DNA from: Haliotis rubra
Lineage: Eukaryota
Assembly: GCF_003918875.1 (NCBI RefSeq)
Contig: NW_025767024.1
Span: forward strand, 1 to 64,000
Direction: 5' to 3'
Length of the DNA stretch: 64,000 nucleotides
Shown: piece after piece, positions 1-13,150 of the stretch
Layout: every line of letters begins with the position of its first letter
Position numbering within the stretch: the first letter of the stretch is position 1
The notes under the pieces: generated by a model
The model's input: only the letters and a program-made list of their open reading frames with translations
Databases searched by the model: none
What the model was told of the DNA's origin: nothing
Made by a program: the position numbers and the translations under genes

Positions 1-2640
1 CAGCATTGTAAATGTGGTAGTACAAGAGAGCATTTGTATCTTTATGTCATTCCAAACAGCTCTGTTTATCTGCACTTGTAGCATCGGAACCTATACTAGT
101 CTGCCAAGAACCGACAGGGGCCATACAGTATATCAACCCCCGCTTAAATGTTAAACTACGCTTCGTTTATGTTCTGCCACCAACTGTCAACTGAAACACA
201 GTTTCCCCTATCCTTGCACTCCCTCAAAGTGTCCCCTGGAAGGAGAATATAAAAACACTCAGGAAGTGTTTCTTTGGCGCCAATCGATTGAACTCATTCT
301 TAACTTCCAACATTTCCCACATAGTGTTGTTTCCCTCTCCTGATGACTTTGTGGACTTTTTGTATTACCAGGAACCACGCAGATGGTCAAGTAATGAAAA
401 GCATTGAAAAACGTTTTTGAAATCGGCGAAGCACAAAATACAGATTGTTTAAACAAGATCATAATTTTATCTGAAGCTGAGGATTTTGTGCTGTTCATCG
501 GCGCATGAGCACACATATAGAATGGGGAAGCTGACAACATGTCCACTGCAGCTGGTGCGTAGTAATCTGAGGACAAATGATTGGAAACGAAAGAAATATT
601 CTGCTCCATTCCTAGAATAACCATATAATATGCTTCTTCTGGAAATTTAAGCCCGTTGTCTTTGAAATTACAGGTTTTAGCTTTATAAAAAGAGACCTGT
701 TCGGTTGAAACGCAGCATGAAATGAATGGTTCCGAAGCAAAGATTGTGCCAAAGGGGCTAAAATCAATAACTTCAGCAAAGCAACAAGATTGACTGTTGA
801 ATTTAACTGTCTCCCCTTATTCAATTCGGTTTGAATCACAGAGCATAGCATCTGTAAGGACCTTTATTAATGCCTTGTTTTTACAAAATGGAGGGGCAAA
901 TGTCACGTATTTTCGCGTACATAATTTCATGAACAGGAAGGAGTACGTAGATGATGTCAATACATAACGATATATACGATAAAGAAGAATAAAGAATAGA
1001 AGGAGGCAATGCACTCCTCTCTCTAATCTTGACACATTTGACATAACTGCATTTGTGAAACATTTGTTCTCATTTATTGAATTTCATTCTCGTGGATGTT
1101 TCGATTTACAGAAATAATACAGTCACCTCTATCATTTCTTCTACAAGAAAGTAACTTTCCGTTGCAACATTGGCACACGATGATAATACTGAATGACTGC
1201 TCAAAGTGGCATTAAAATTTCTAAAATGTCAATAACTTGAAGTTTGCTAGAAGTAGAGAAAAGATCATCGTTAGGGCATTGACCCCTACAAAATCGAGCT
1301 CTACAGTTGACAAGACAGTTATGGAGATGCGCAGGCGCCAAATAAGACATGAACCATCTTGTGATTCTGGCGATGCTACACAGACAACACACATTATATA
1401 ATGTGGGCTGCAGACAAGCGAGCATGTGGCCAGGACAGCTGTGGTCACCAATCTGCAGGTGTGCGGGGATAGTTAATGTGCTTCTGACGTCTATGTGCAG
1501 TCCCAAAGAGACCAACACCAGACTGTGTGAAGACATAGGATTACGTCTTATGACCAAACCAGACAGTCTGTGAAAATCCGCGGATAATCAGCCCTCATGT
1601 CTACAATGCAGTTTGTCTTCTTGTATATAAGAGCAATGGTAATCCCATTTGTTTGGTCATACCCCACATCGTTAATGAGAAAAGGTGAGGATTTGGTTTC
1701 AATACGCCATATAAAGTGTTATGGAATGTCACCGTATAAAAATACCAACCATTACATTTACAATTTGGAAGTTGTCCAAAGACTAGTTTTTTTTTTTTTT
1801 CGTAATGGCTTTCATTCTGTGATGTTTTTTTCACAAAGAAACAGCACTTTAAAAATTAAACTGTGAACATAGTGAACTTTAAGTTAGTCGAAACAATTGA
1901 AAACACATTCATGCGTTTGAAAGAAGTAATCTGTTGAAAAATTGTTATTTAGTTTCAAGCGCTTCAGTTTCAGAAGTGTAGAACTTATGTCAAAGGACAA
2001 CTATGAAATCGTTCACTTACATTAGGATCAGACAAAGAAACTGGAAGCAGCAGACAAAATCAGAAACACATTAACGAAGCCGTCTAATTGCACTACATAA
2101 CAAGCACTAACTTGAGACGTCCTCGCCGAACCTGTCAAATGCATCAACGCAATTCAAACGTCTGGAACATACATGAGGAAGCAACGCTAGTTGCAGAATC
2201 AAATTAATGTGACTATGCAGGCCTCTGACAATGAAGTCTAGAACTGGTAGCTCTGCTTACAAGCCTCGTGTAATTTTCTGTTGGAGATTAGAGGATGTGA
2301 TTCGAGTCCTGTATATTGGGATAATCATTAGTTGTTAATTATATCATAACTTTGTGTTAGTAGAGAGCCATGTCGCTGTGGGAACAACTTGAATTGAACT
2401 TGCAAGGACCGTCAGTTGTGAGGGCTTTGACTCCCTGTATGTTTATTTTTCTTAGTTCTCAAGTTGATCTTACTACCAGCAAGGGCTAACCTGGGATCTA
2501 ACCCGCATCATCTCATGGCCTAACTACAAGACGATCGACCAAACATTATCCTTCCCTTTGCCTCCCTTTGAAATGATTTATGTAATAGTTATTGCCTCTC
2601 TTCAAGACGATCAAACTCATTTCACAATCCCAGGCCTCCT
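1..2640 (+). repeat. Segmental duplication, copy 1 (partner 17899-20690)
   Basis: Colinear high identity from CAGCATTGTAAATGTGG to CCCAGGCCT; runs off the window start. Confidence 0.95.
150..2160 (+). mobile_element. Degenerate Kolobok-type THAP + DDE transposase relic (copy 1)
   Basis: Frameshifted motifs in the expected order: THAP (LCSATNC...W RQSI...HSV), KFKPVVFE, DC...LTVEFNC, RFESQ, LWSPICRCAGIVNVL, CEDIGL...KPDS, YGMS...HYIYN, terminal STQFK. Confidence 0.55.
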
Positions 2641-3707
2641 CTACACATCTCCACAGATTCTCTAACGGGTTCACATCCGAGATCTGGAAGGCTATGGCAA
2701 CACACTGACTTTTCAGTTATGACGGAAATCAACAGTGAAATAACTCTGTCGGCAGATAATCGGAACACGGTAACGTATGACCAATGTACCAATTTCCTCT
2801 CAGACTCCTCTGAAGCTCAGACCTCCGTGTGAAGGATATGTCTCCCCACAAGTAGTAACCTCCGCGTTGTTGAATACGTTGTTGTGTGTAAACGTCTCAA
2901 TACATGGACAAAATCCGGTCTTCTGAGCCTAATTTGTTCAAATAAAATCGTGGCATCTGTATTAAGTTATTGAGGAAGAAACAAAATCAACATTCTCCTG
3001 ATCAGTTTTGTTTCTTTTGGGAAGAGTGTATCACGGCATGGCAGCTGATAGTAATGTTCTACGGCATTCCCTACTTTGTTGAAACACACGAACTAGGATC
3101 TCAGCTGAATGAATCCGTCCAAATTCCCCGACTATAGAAGCGAGAGAGGAGTATGTGTGTTGTTGTTTTTAAATAAAGGTTTGATGTTTGACAAAAGGAT
3201 ATGGATGATAATCAACTTGTATGAACTGGAGAATACATCCCGTTTATTCATTATCTTTCTATGACTAAGTATCTGAAACAATAAGCACACCATATCTCAA
3301 AAGCGCAATATCACCAATTCCACTAAATGAAATACTCCCTTGACATTGCTATAGGAAACTCTACATTACTCAGATTCACAAGTTCAAACATGTACAATTT
3401 TGCTCAAAAAGTATGTGAAAAATGACACTCTTGTCAAGGCAGATATTTTATGTCATACTCATGACTCGCAATTAGTTTAAGCATAGTGTTTAAAGTGCAA
3501 AACCCTCATCAAATCACTCAAGACGAGATGCCCAGTTTCAACAAACAGTTCACCTGAAACATATAAACAAAAGTTGTTAGAAAAAGAGGTAATAAAGTTT
3601 GAGAAATCAAGTAGAAAGTTCGCTCTCGAAAATCAACACAAGAGCCATTTTTTAATTTCAGTGGAACTGATACTCCCTTTACTGCTACTCTTAATAGCAC
3701 TACTTAC

Positions 3708-3737
3708 GAGTGACAGTGTTGACACCCCCAAATGTCT
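3708..3737 (-). CDS. Candidate 30-nt micro-exon (TFGGVNTVT in the phase 1-1 reading)
   Basis: ctgacctgtttcag|AGACATTTGGGGGTGTCAACACTGTCACTC|gtaagt: consensus acceptor and donor. Confidence 0.45.
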
Positions 3738-3936
3738 CTGAAACAGGTCAGCATGTGCAACCATGTGGATCACACACCACAGTATGATTATTGACCTACC
3801 TGTAACATTCAATTAACCCTGTCTGCGTCGATTGCTCCCTGTCTGAAACTAATCTTCCATCTGTGAAAACGAACCATGGTAATTGCATTTCGACCGTTCT
3901 TAATTAGACCATGATTGCGTCCAGTCATATACGACT

Positions 3937-3937
<1 letters not shown>

Positions 3938-3977
<40 letters not shown>

Positions 3978-3981
3978 CACA
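3938..3981. repeat. (CA)n(TA)n microsatellite
   Basis: Direct reading. Confidence 0.95.
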
Positions 3982-5116
3982 CGATGTTGAGCTACTAATG
4001 AAGCTTGCTCGACTAGGTTGAATGCTTCCTGCTATCTCACCAGCAGTGCTCAACATATAATAGAAAAGCCATCATATTTCTTAAGACGAGAGGCCTAGTT
4101 TCAACAACCAGTTCACCAAAAATAGAAAAGAATCAGTTGTGAGAAAAGCATTACTGAAGTAAGAACATTCACGTAGAAAATTCTCTCTCGAAAATCAACA
4201 CAAGAGCCACTCTTCGAGTCATTTGAATGGAATCCGTTCCATAGAATGTAACTGCAAGAAATGATATCCCCAGGCTATGGCTAATGGAGAACAGTATTGG
4301 AAGGTTGCCTGCTGATTGTGGCGGTGAAGCAACTGATTAAATACCTTCCAGGGATATGGCACGAGGTCACGAATGGAGCAGTGACAGAGTCCTTGAATAA
4401 ACACGGTTAGAACTTCAAATAACGAAACCATAAACTGTAACTCAAACATGAGAATTCCTTTTTGACCGTTTATTTGCACTCAAAGATAGCAAAAGTTCGT
4501 GGTCAATCATGTTCTCTGTCAATTATGTATCTAATTATAATATAACTAAAAGGAGGTGTCAATTTGTTTATCCGTGCATTTGAAGACGTCTACAGATCCA
4601 GGTGATAGGTATATTCCACATATTTGGGTAATTTTCATTTCAGCTAAACATAACAAAACGTATTAATCATATTAATTATCTTTAGTTGTTTTTGTTGGTC
4701 ATCATTCCTAAATTCATGTGTCCATACCTCTCTTTTTTAGCTTCATGTTTTGTCCTCTCTATTTCTGCATGTTGACAAATGGAGGGTGTGGGGTTTTGTT
4801 TATAATAACCTAAATGTGTATATGAGGTAGATCCTATGATCACATCATGTCATTTAGAAAGTGTTTCCAACATATAGATTTGTTGGTTGACAAACATACA
4901 TTGTATTCAACCTGTACCCCGGAGTTAAATAATATCTTTTTGGTTGCCCGTGTTTTGCAAAGGTGAAAAAGCAGATGTCTGAATGACTTGGCATAAAATT
5001 ATTAGAATTCAACACAATAAACATTTCCTTACTTCATTCATCAAGTATGAGATTGGATACAACGTATATTATTGTAACATGTATCTGATTATAGGATTGT
5101 TGTCGATATTAATTGT

Positions 5117-5119
5117 ACA

Positions 5120-5159
<40 letters not shown>

Positions 5160-5187
5160 CATACATATACATACATACATACATACA
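5117..5187. repeat. (GCAC)n(ATAC)n microsatellite
   Basis: Direct reading; explains the HART/RACV ORFs. Confidence 0.95.
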
Positions 5188-5212
5188 AAGAGGAAGCTTT
5201 AACAGTAGATAA

Positions 5213-5681
5213 TAGGACTGCACGGTATTACCAGTATACCGGTATATTGCAATACGCTTTTCAAACGATACGTATTGCAATATTTTTCTGAGAACCGGTA
5301 TATTGGGTAAAGAACATACATAGAGTACCTGTGATTATCGTTATGGTTTAAATTAAAATCTACAGTTACAATGTAATTTCATTCACAACGAATGTTATTC
5401 GTTATACAATCAATGACAAACCGGCATACTGTAATACTGTAAATTGTGTAAAAAAGAAAATAGAATCCCTGACAATGCAACCCAATTTCGCGATTGCTGT
5501 TATCAGTGCCATAACATATATGTTAAAATACTTATAATGCAGAAAATAGGATTGACATGCACAATTAGTGTCACTCACTGTCAAACACTTAAGCTCCCAA
5601 TATATCGCAATATGTATCGCAATACGGGTACCTGAATCGCAATATATTGCAATACAATATATTTGCCAAAACACAGCCCCA
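5213..5681. mobile_element. Non-autonomous hAT-like element
   Basis: Termini TAGGACTG...CAGCCCCA; subterminal TATTGCAATAC repeats; imperfect 8-bp TSD GTAGATAA/TTATATAA. Confidence 0.6.
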
Positions 5682-6979
5682 TTATATAATGGTTCCACTG
5701 ACATTAGATAGTCCCCATGATTTCCCAAGCAGACATGCCAACGTACAGAAAGCTGAAAGGAAATTAGCCCTTTGTTTGGATTTCCGAAAATTCATTGTAA
5801 TGTGCGTCCTCGTAGCACTGAGATATTTAAATGAAAACACACACACGCTGCCTTTGTAATCTAAGTGTAGTTAAGCACCGTCCAGACACTTTGCGATCTC
5901 CAGATTAAACACAAACATGAACAGCGTGAGTGGGAGGTGAAATAACAGAAGACAAATTCCTTTGAAACAGGAAAACTGTGATGTGCATTATGAAAGGGAG
6001 GTTTGGTCTGTAATATTCCTGACATGTTTTGTGTAGTAAGATTGAATACCAACACCAACATCTCTTGGGAAATCAAAATAGAAATCTTCAGGATGGCAAA
6101 TGGTTTTTGCTGTAAAACGTACCATTAACAAGTCATTCCACACAACTGGTCTGTCTACATAAGTATACATGAGCCATGTCTGCCTTTGTTTCTTGGGTTT
6201 AAACTTGGCATGTTAATTCGATGGGTGTTCCTGTCACCTTTGAATTGTTATCATTTCTGTCCAAGAAATAATATAAGACATTCTAGCGCCATTCTGACAG
6301 CCAAATCGCATGACTGTCTTTTTACATTGGCCTGTTCATGCAGGATGTTTAAAAATAATATAAAATTGACATGTAGTGAGTATATGATTACTTAGATTTC
6401 TATCTTGTTTCTTTTTTACGCATTTTGTAATATGTCTACTCATGTCATAATCATTCTTTTTGTATTTGTAAGTAGCTTTATTATTAATGAATTCCGTCGT
6501 TTGTGCTTCATCACATGGACGTTATGTTTTCCTCTGGCAAGGTGAATTGTCAACAACGTTTATAATCAATACTTTTACATATATTAATTGCAATGTGGTG
6601 TAGGATTATTCAAGGATTTGGAGCACGTTTTGTGATTGGATTTGTATTTCTCTCGAGTGTAGTACTGGGGACTGCTAATGACAGTAATGATCGCATTCGG
6701 CCAGCATTGGCCACCAGCTTATAGCACACATAATGGTTGTATGTTGGCGATTATACTAACTTATTGTCAAACGTCTCTACGCGCATCTTCTAATATTTGT
6801 CTCAATCAGAAAAGGCAAGATTGCGATATGTTCAGGCACACTTGAATCATCTCTATTATATCATTTTTGCCAGAGTTAAACAAGGGTTGAGTATTATATG
6901 TATAAATGCCCTTTGTTGAAAGGACAGATCTCTCCCATTTCATAACATTTGGGTAAACAGATTCTAAGAGTTAAAAAAG

Positions 6980-7102
6980 TTGGCTGGTTGTTTCACGCCG
7001 CACACAGCAATGTTTCAGCTACAAAGCAGTAAATAATCGAGTGTGGACCAGACAATCCTATGATCAACAGCATGAGCATCGATTTATGCAATTGGGATAC
7101 GG
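6980..7102 (-). mobile_element. SINE type B, partial (other partial copies at about 14565-14655, 33365-33560, 49895-50435 split, 55065-55230)
   Basis: TGGACCAGACAATCC...GAGCATCGAT core. Confidence 0.8.
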
Positions 7103-7279
7103 TGATTTAAACAGGCTGAAAGGTTTCTCGCTCACACTACCTCCATATATCAAAACTGATAAAGATAATTTTTATGATTATAAGTACATGTAAAACTATG
7201 CACTAATATATTGTCTGTTGTCATGTGTCATCTGTCACATGGTAATGTATTTCGTGAGTATATTTAGCTCATTCTTTGG

Positions 7280-8350
7280 TTTTTGTGATACTCCTTTACT
7301 GCAACTTTCACTCCAACTAGTCACAGTTACGACACCAGCAGATGTCCCTGAAACAGGTGAGCATGTGCAACCATGTGGATGACACAGTATAATACCTTGA
7401 TCGACCTAACTGTAACATTCAATTAAGCCTGTCTGCCTCGCTTGCTCCCAGTCTGAAACTAATCTTCTATCTGTGAAAACGAACCATGGTAATTACATTT
7501 CGATCATTCTTAATTAGACTATGATTGCGTCCAGTCATCTAAGATAGATATATAATTCCCGATGACGCTGGGCTACTAATGAATCCAGCTTGACGAATTA
7601 AATTGCTGACTTTATTTGTTTCACAGAAGACCTACAAGGCTGCACTTGGAATGCTCTGATGTACGATTGTCTGATCAGTTCGCGGAGTAGTGATAGTATT
7701 TGAGCAGGGTGACAATGACAATACTGAAACGGACAACGTAATGTTTACATCGATGGCATGTTACATTTGATAAATAGTTATTGCAAGCTTCAGACAAACA
7801 AAAGTATACATGATTTTAAGATTTCTTATACCGGTAGTTCAATTTTCCTCTCGGGCAACACACATCAATATAGAACAGACACGAACAGGACATAAAGCTG
7901 GACTTCATTAAGTCTCATAGAGGTCTTTAAGCTTTTGCAACAAATCAATCCTCTGTAAGAAAAATACATCACTTCCAAAGTATAATTAATCTAATATAAT
8001 GTTCTTGTGCATCGTTTTCCTGCCATGTTATCCGTTCGTGTTCCATTACATCAATATGTTTTAGACGAATCCAGGAAAATATACCATGTCTAAAACCTTC
8101 CCTTTAGTTACTTTTAGTGTGATTTGAATGAAAGCTATTTCACATACTTTGATTATAAGGATGCCATCCCCGAGGCTGTATGTAGATAATGAATAATGAC
8201 ACTGGAGACGTGGCATTGAAGCAACTGATTAAATGCCTCCAGGGATGTGGAACAAGGTCATGAATACTGCCGTGCCGGATTTGTGGAATATTTGTTGAGT
8301 CAGTGAGAAGCCCAAATATGAACCAAATGATGGTTTGACGTAAACTGAGC
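7280..8350. repeat. Older tandem duplication unit B
   Basis: Shares CTGAAACAGGT.AGCATGTGCAACCATGTGGAT... and GAAGCAACTGATTAAAT.CCT.CAGGGAT blocks with unit A. Confidence 0.85.
7318..7347 (-). CDS. Paralogous 30-nt micro-exon candidate (TSAGVVTVT)
   Basis: ctcacctgtttcag|GGACATCTGCTGGTGTCGTAACTGTGACTA|gttgga; same length, weaker donor. Confidence 0.3.
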
Positions 8351-11300
8351 ACACAAACCTGTAAACTGGATTCATCTTTACATTTCTGGTGGGTTCAGTG
8401 TAAGTGATAATAGAATCATCAATTTCCTTGGTTTCGGCATCAGGAAACTACTTCGTCGTTATTTGTTCAGTTCAGAAAGGTCGGAATGAAGACACAGTTG
8501 ACTTGGATTTCTGTACTCTTTCGGTGCGACATTGCACTACATGTGAAAGTAGGTTAACAAACAACTCATCACCAACTACAACGGACGTGGAATTATCACT
8601 ACGATTGCATGTACAAAGACATTCACAGGAAGAAAAGAGATAAGATCAAGACAGGGAAATAATGTCCATGGTATAAAGTTTCTATGACAAAAGACAATTA
8701 GATCCCACTATTCCAGTTATATGTTCACCTCTAACGAAGCAAGTACAAATTAGGTATTGACAATTAGATACGGATTCGGAACAGATTCAATAAGCATACA
8801 CTGATAATTTGTACCATTACCACAAACACATAAAATGTAAATGGAAGACAGTGCTGTCTTCGGACGATTAATGGAATGATAGTATGATCATGTACTCATT
8901 CACAGGAAGGTATGGCAAGCAGTAATGAGATCCTATTGAATGCACATTGTATACAAAAGAAAGAACTTCTTCAACCCTCTGTCTTGATGAATTATAATTA
9001 TATAAAACTGTATCCTTGATACATCAATTCGTTAGCGAACCTGATACTGTGATGAAATCTTGTCTGACCAAAGTAATTGATCACTTAACAACCATACATG
9101 CAGTGATAATGTTCAGATTTCAAAGATTCCGAAATCCGCAATTTGTCCATATGTAAGTCTTTAACTGGTGAGTGAGTTAAAATAATAATGGTAATTTTAC
9201 ACTACTTTAACCCCCTGAGTGACACTGCCATCATCAACCTAACCTAACACAGCTCAAAACTTGAAAATGTATCAAATAATTGTATTTATTTTAAAAAAAA
9301 TAAGAATGAAACTAGAACTGACATTCATAAATAGATCCGTTAAAGAGGTAGACGAACTGAAAAGGTAGACGTTGTGGAACTTATAATGCCCTTTTGGTTA
9401 GTGCATGTATTAGCCATTATGCTACATGAGGGTAAAGCTTCTCGTTGTGATTTTAATCAGATATTTTCATAAGTGAGTTTTTTAGCAGCGTCCTTGTGGT
9501 CGTATCTATTATTGATTTTTAAACAGGCTCCAGGCAATGCATTTCTTGAACGAGAAACTACCTTGAAACTAGCACAGAATTCTACAGTTACTTGACGTCA
9601 AACTTGACCGACATTGTTCAATGTATCACATGTCTTTTCATATTTATCTGATATATATGTCAGTCTACAGTGGGGTAGTAGTGAATGTGACGAATGCCTC
9701 ATTATATGTGTTTATAATGTGTCTTATCTGAGAGTTTCATGTTGAATTGCACCCATTGCAAATGTTTGCCAGCATCCTGTTTGGTTGATAATAACTAGGA
9801 AAATGCGAATGATTTATGACATGTAGTAACATGGAAATTTCAACACCAACACTTGCTATTTTCCTTACCAGAAAAAACAATTCGGCAAGTAAGTTACAAT
9901 TTCAATACAATTTCAATGAATTCTCTACTTGAGTTTGGAGACAATTTGTACACTTATGAACAGTTAAACTGTCAAAATTACACATGCAAAAGGAATCGCC
10001 AATGGAATGCCAGAATGTAATAATTTTTATTTAAGGAAATATGAAACATTCGGTACGCCAGTTTTGAACAACTCGAGAACACTACAGACGATGTTTTGTC
10101 CGTAAATCACGAACATGTAGTGGCAAATTCAGGCGTATTAAGAGCTCTTCGCTAGAATTTTCTGGGCATAAGAATCAAGCCGATAAATTCGTATGCAGTA
10201 ACCCAAGTTTGAACAATAAGATTTGACAAATGACTTGATTCACATTTGCATGATTACAGTATGGTTAGAATCGTACAGTAGAGTAGACTGGGCGTTTTTC
10301 CAATGACGTCATTTCCAAGGCACATAAGCCATGGTGTGTTTATTGTGGACATAGAACTCTCGGTAAATGTTGAAAATATAAATTGATATAACGCAAAAAA
10401 TAAATGAGTTACTTCGGATATATGTACTGGTTTGGGTATTAAACTAAATTAAACTGCCTGGATGTAATTACAAAGTAATTATTGTAATTCTCCTTTGATC
10501 TGCCAATAAGAAAGTACTGTGGTTGTCGTTCAGGAAGTAGCCTGTCATATTGAATTTAACTATATCACAATAACTGGAATAAGAAGCGGTTGGTTTGCCG
10601 TGTGCTCCACAACCAACACAGCGGTATAAAAGTATTATGCACATAACCGGTCTGGTATTGAAAGGAATATTGCGATCATGTTGCTGAAAAATTGCGTAAA
10701 AGAAAAAATAGGCATGCTCAGTAATGACACCAAGTGTTGGCGAATGGAGTAAGTATGTCCTACTCGACAGGTGACACCTGCCGTCCACAGCATAAACACG
10801 ATTTGTAAGACTATCAGAATCAACCTTAGTTTTACTACTATCTGTCTACCTCTGCTTACATAAAGCGACCACACAATACTCGCGGGTTTGACGAAAATGG
10901 TAAACGTTTTGTACTGCCTTTTCCCAGGTGACCACAAAAAGTGGTCGTGCATGTGCATTCACGGAACGTGAAGTCTTCTAAGTTTTTTCAAAGTACACGC
11001 CTAAACGAAAGTTATTTGAAACTGTCATCCTTTTTGTCGTTCTAGTTCTTTATTGCAACGCACTGTTTTCTGAATATAATGCTTCTTATACATTAGTCAT
11101 GCTTTCCTTATTGTGAGAGTTAAAACAGTTTATTTATCGTCTTGCATTTTTGGCCCCCTTAACCGTACCAGGATCCAATAAGCGAATGATTATGTATCTT
11201 GTAATGTAACTTCCACTCACCCTTGCACACTAACATTAAACTGACAGGTCACGATGTAACTGAAATACTTTTGATAGGGAGTTACCCAATCTAACTCACT

Positions 11301-12249
11301 CTCAACTACATTTACGATTTCTACCCTGCCTCGTCAACAACTGCTCGAGAGGGCCAATTAGCGTTAGATGAAACAAACGTTTCCCAGAAACAGTCAACTA
11401 ATTCTCCCCCTTCTTGCTGTTCATATGCTCACAACAAAACAAACCCATTTTCAAAATGGCAAAAAACAAACCCATACCAATCAGTTGTCAGCATCAAACA
11501 TAAATCTCACAGTCAAAGAAACTTTTTGTCTTTCAGCAAAACAACACCGTTTCCCCTCGGGAGTTGATTATTCCCAACAAGATAAATGGATGTGTCACTG
11601 ATGTATAAGATCATAAGGAAAAAAATCGATAACGTGGAAAACTACAGATGGGCATTCTTTCATTAATAAGAAAAGTTGAATTTCCACTTTCAAATAACTC
11701 AAGGGTGGTATGTGTAACTTCACCATTTCTAAATCTGGCGTCATGAGGTCATGTAGCTCACCTTTCTAACACGTCCACGTTGATCGTCATCTTGAAGCAA
11801 TCCTACAGTTGCGTGTGTGCGAAATGTGAATGTCAATTTACCTATTGCTACAAAGAATGAAATCACATAAGTGATCTAGTCATGTATATTTAATCACCTG
11901 GCCCTTGATATCGCCAGACCATCCTACGCTTACAAAAATATATTTCCGCTCCAGACGAATAACGTGTCATAAGTGTCATGTATGTGCTGAGAGATAGGGT
12001 TACAAGAAGAGTTCATAAGACTGGAACCGATATGAAATGCTAATGAATCACATTACAAAAGCCAAACGGATGTCTTCTGTTTTACAAAAATAGTATTCCG
12101 ATGCAAAACATGTTGATAAATTAGTGTGTTTGTCATACAGCCGTTTGAACAGTATTAAAATATATTACACAGATTCAAAACATGTTGATAAATTGGTGTT
12201 TGCCATACAGCCTTTTGAAGAGTTGCCGTGTCAAACTAAAACACCACCA

Positions 12250-13150
12250 ATGGCATTGCACGTACCCTTTGATGATTAATTAGTGTAGAGGAGACACAAT
12301 GGAAATTATCGTGATCAGTTATTCATCATACATTGGGCATCAACAGATATGTTTCTACTTACAAGTGTTCACCGACATTTCAAATCTGTGCATCAACGTT
12401 AGAATATTTACCTAAGTTACAGGTAATTGTGGACTTGGCTACTCATGGTGTGCATTCCTGATGCCAAGTTCGACCATCCTGTAGCTCATGTAATCACAGG
12501 GGACTTTTCTGTTGTTGACAGTAACAAACTGCTTCAGTTATTCAATTATAGACTAAATATTCGTGAAGATCCTTCTTCCAATTTGTGCCTCAATTGTGAA
12601 ATCATATTGTGAAATCACAGATGCAAAACATGTTGATAAATTGGTGTTTCCCATACAGCCTTTTGAAGAGTTGCCGTGCCAAACTAAAACACCACCAATG
12701 GCATTGCACGTACGCTTTGATGATTAATTAGTGTAGAGGAGACACAATGGAAATTATCGTGATCAGTTATTCGTCATACATTGGGCATCAACAGATATGT
12801 TTCTACTTGTGTTTACTGACATTTCAAATTTCCAATTTGTGTCTCAATTGTAAAGTCCTGTTGGATGCTGCAGAAGCATGTCCCCTCAAAACATGGCCAA
12901 GGGAGAATATGACCCTGTAAAATGTCTTTCTGAAAAGTCTAATGTGTGTCATCTTTCAGAAATTGTTACATTGCACAGACTTGAAAAGAGAAATGTTGAC
13001 TGTCATCCAAACTCTGGATGTCCTGCATGAAATGATCGCAGTTGTTCCTACCCATAAGATTTCAGATAACATAACTATATAACACACTACACAATGTTTC
13101 ATCAAAGAACCTGGTGTCATATGTAAAGTGACATGCTGCATATAGGGCGA
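12250..13150 (+). mobile_element. Penelope-like (Naiad-type) retroelement fragment with internal duplication 12168-12380/12616-12830
   Basis: HPVAHVITGDFSVVDSNKLLQLF...REDP and LHEMIAVVPT.K..DNI motifs of the region N-terminal to the RT core. Confidence 0.7.

Larger units (their letters stand above)
3520..4500. repeat. Older tandem duplication unit A (partner about 7280-8350), with an internal ~130-bp repeat 3520-3650/4082-4210
   Basis: 3665-3930 matches 7283-7540; 4315-4400 matches 8207-8290. Confidence 0.85.

Noticed and set aside
259-624. Minus-strand terminal exon (acceptor ttgtcctcag, CSC motif)
   Set aside because: Lies antisense within the THAP transposase relic; no phase-consistent upstream exon in both copies
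1201-1600. Minus-strand Tc1-like motifs (PHTCRLVT, WP..S) or a secreted-protein exon
   Set aside because: The plus-strand Kolobok motif order explains the whole 2-kb unit more consistently
5900-6262. Ig-like or LDLa-like pseudo-exon on the minus strand (VTGTPIELTCQV; CTSQFSCFKGIC)
   Set aside because: Motifs are in inconsistent frames with stops; too weak to call
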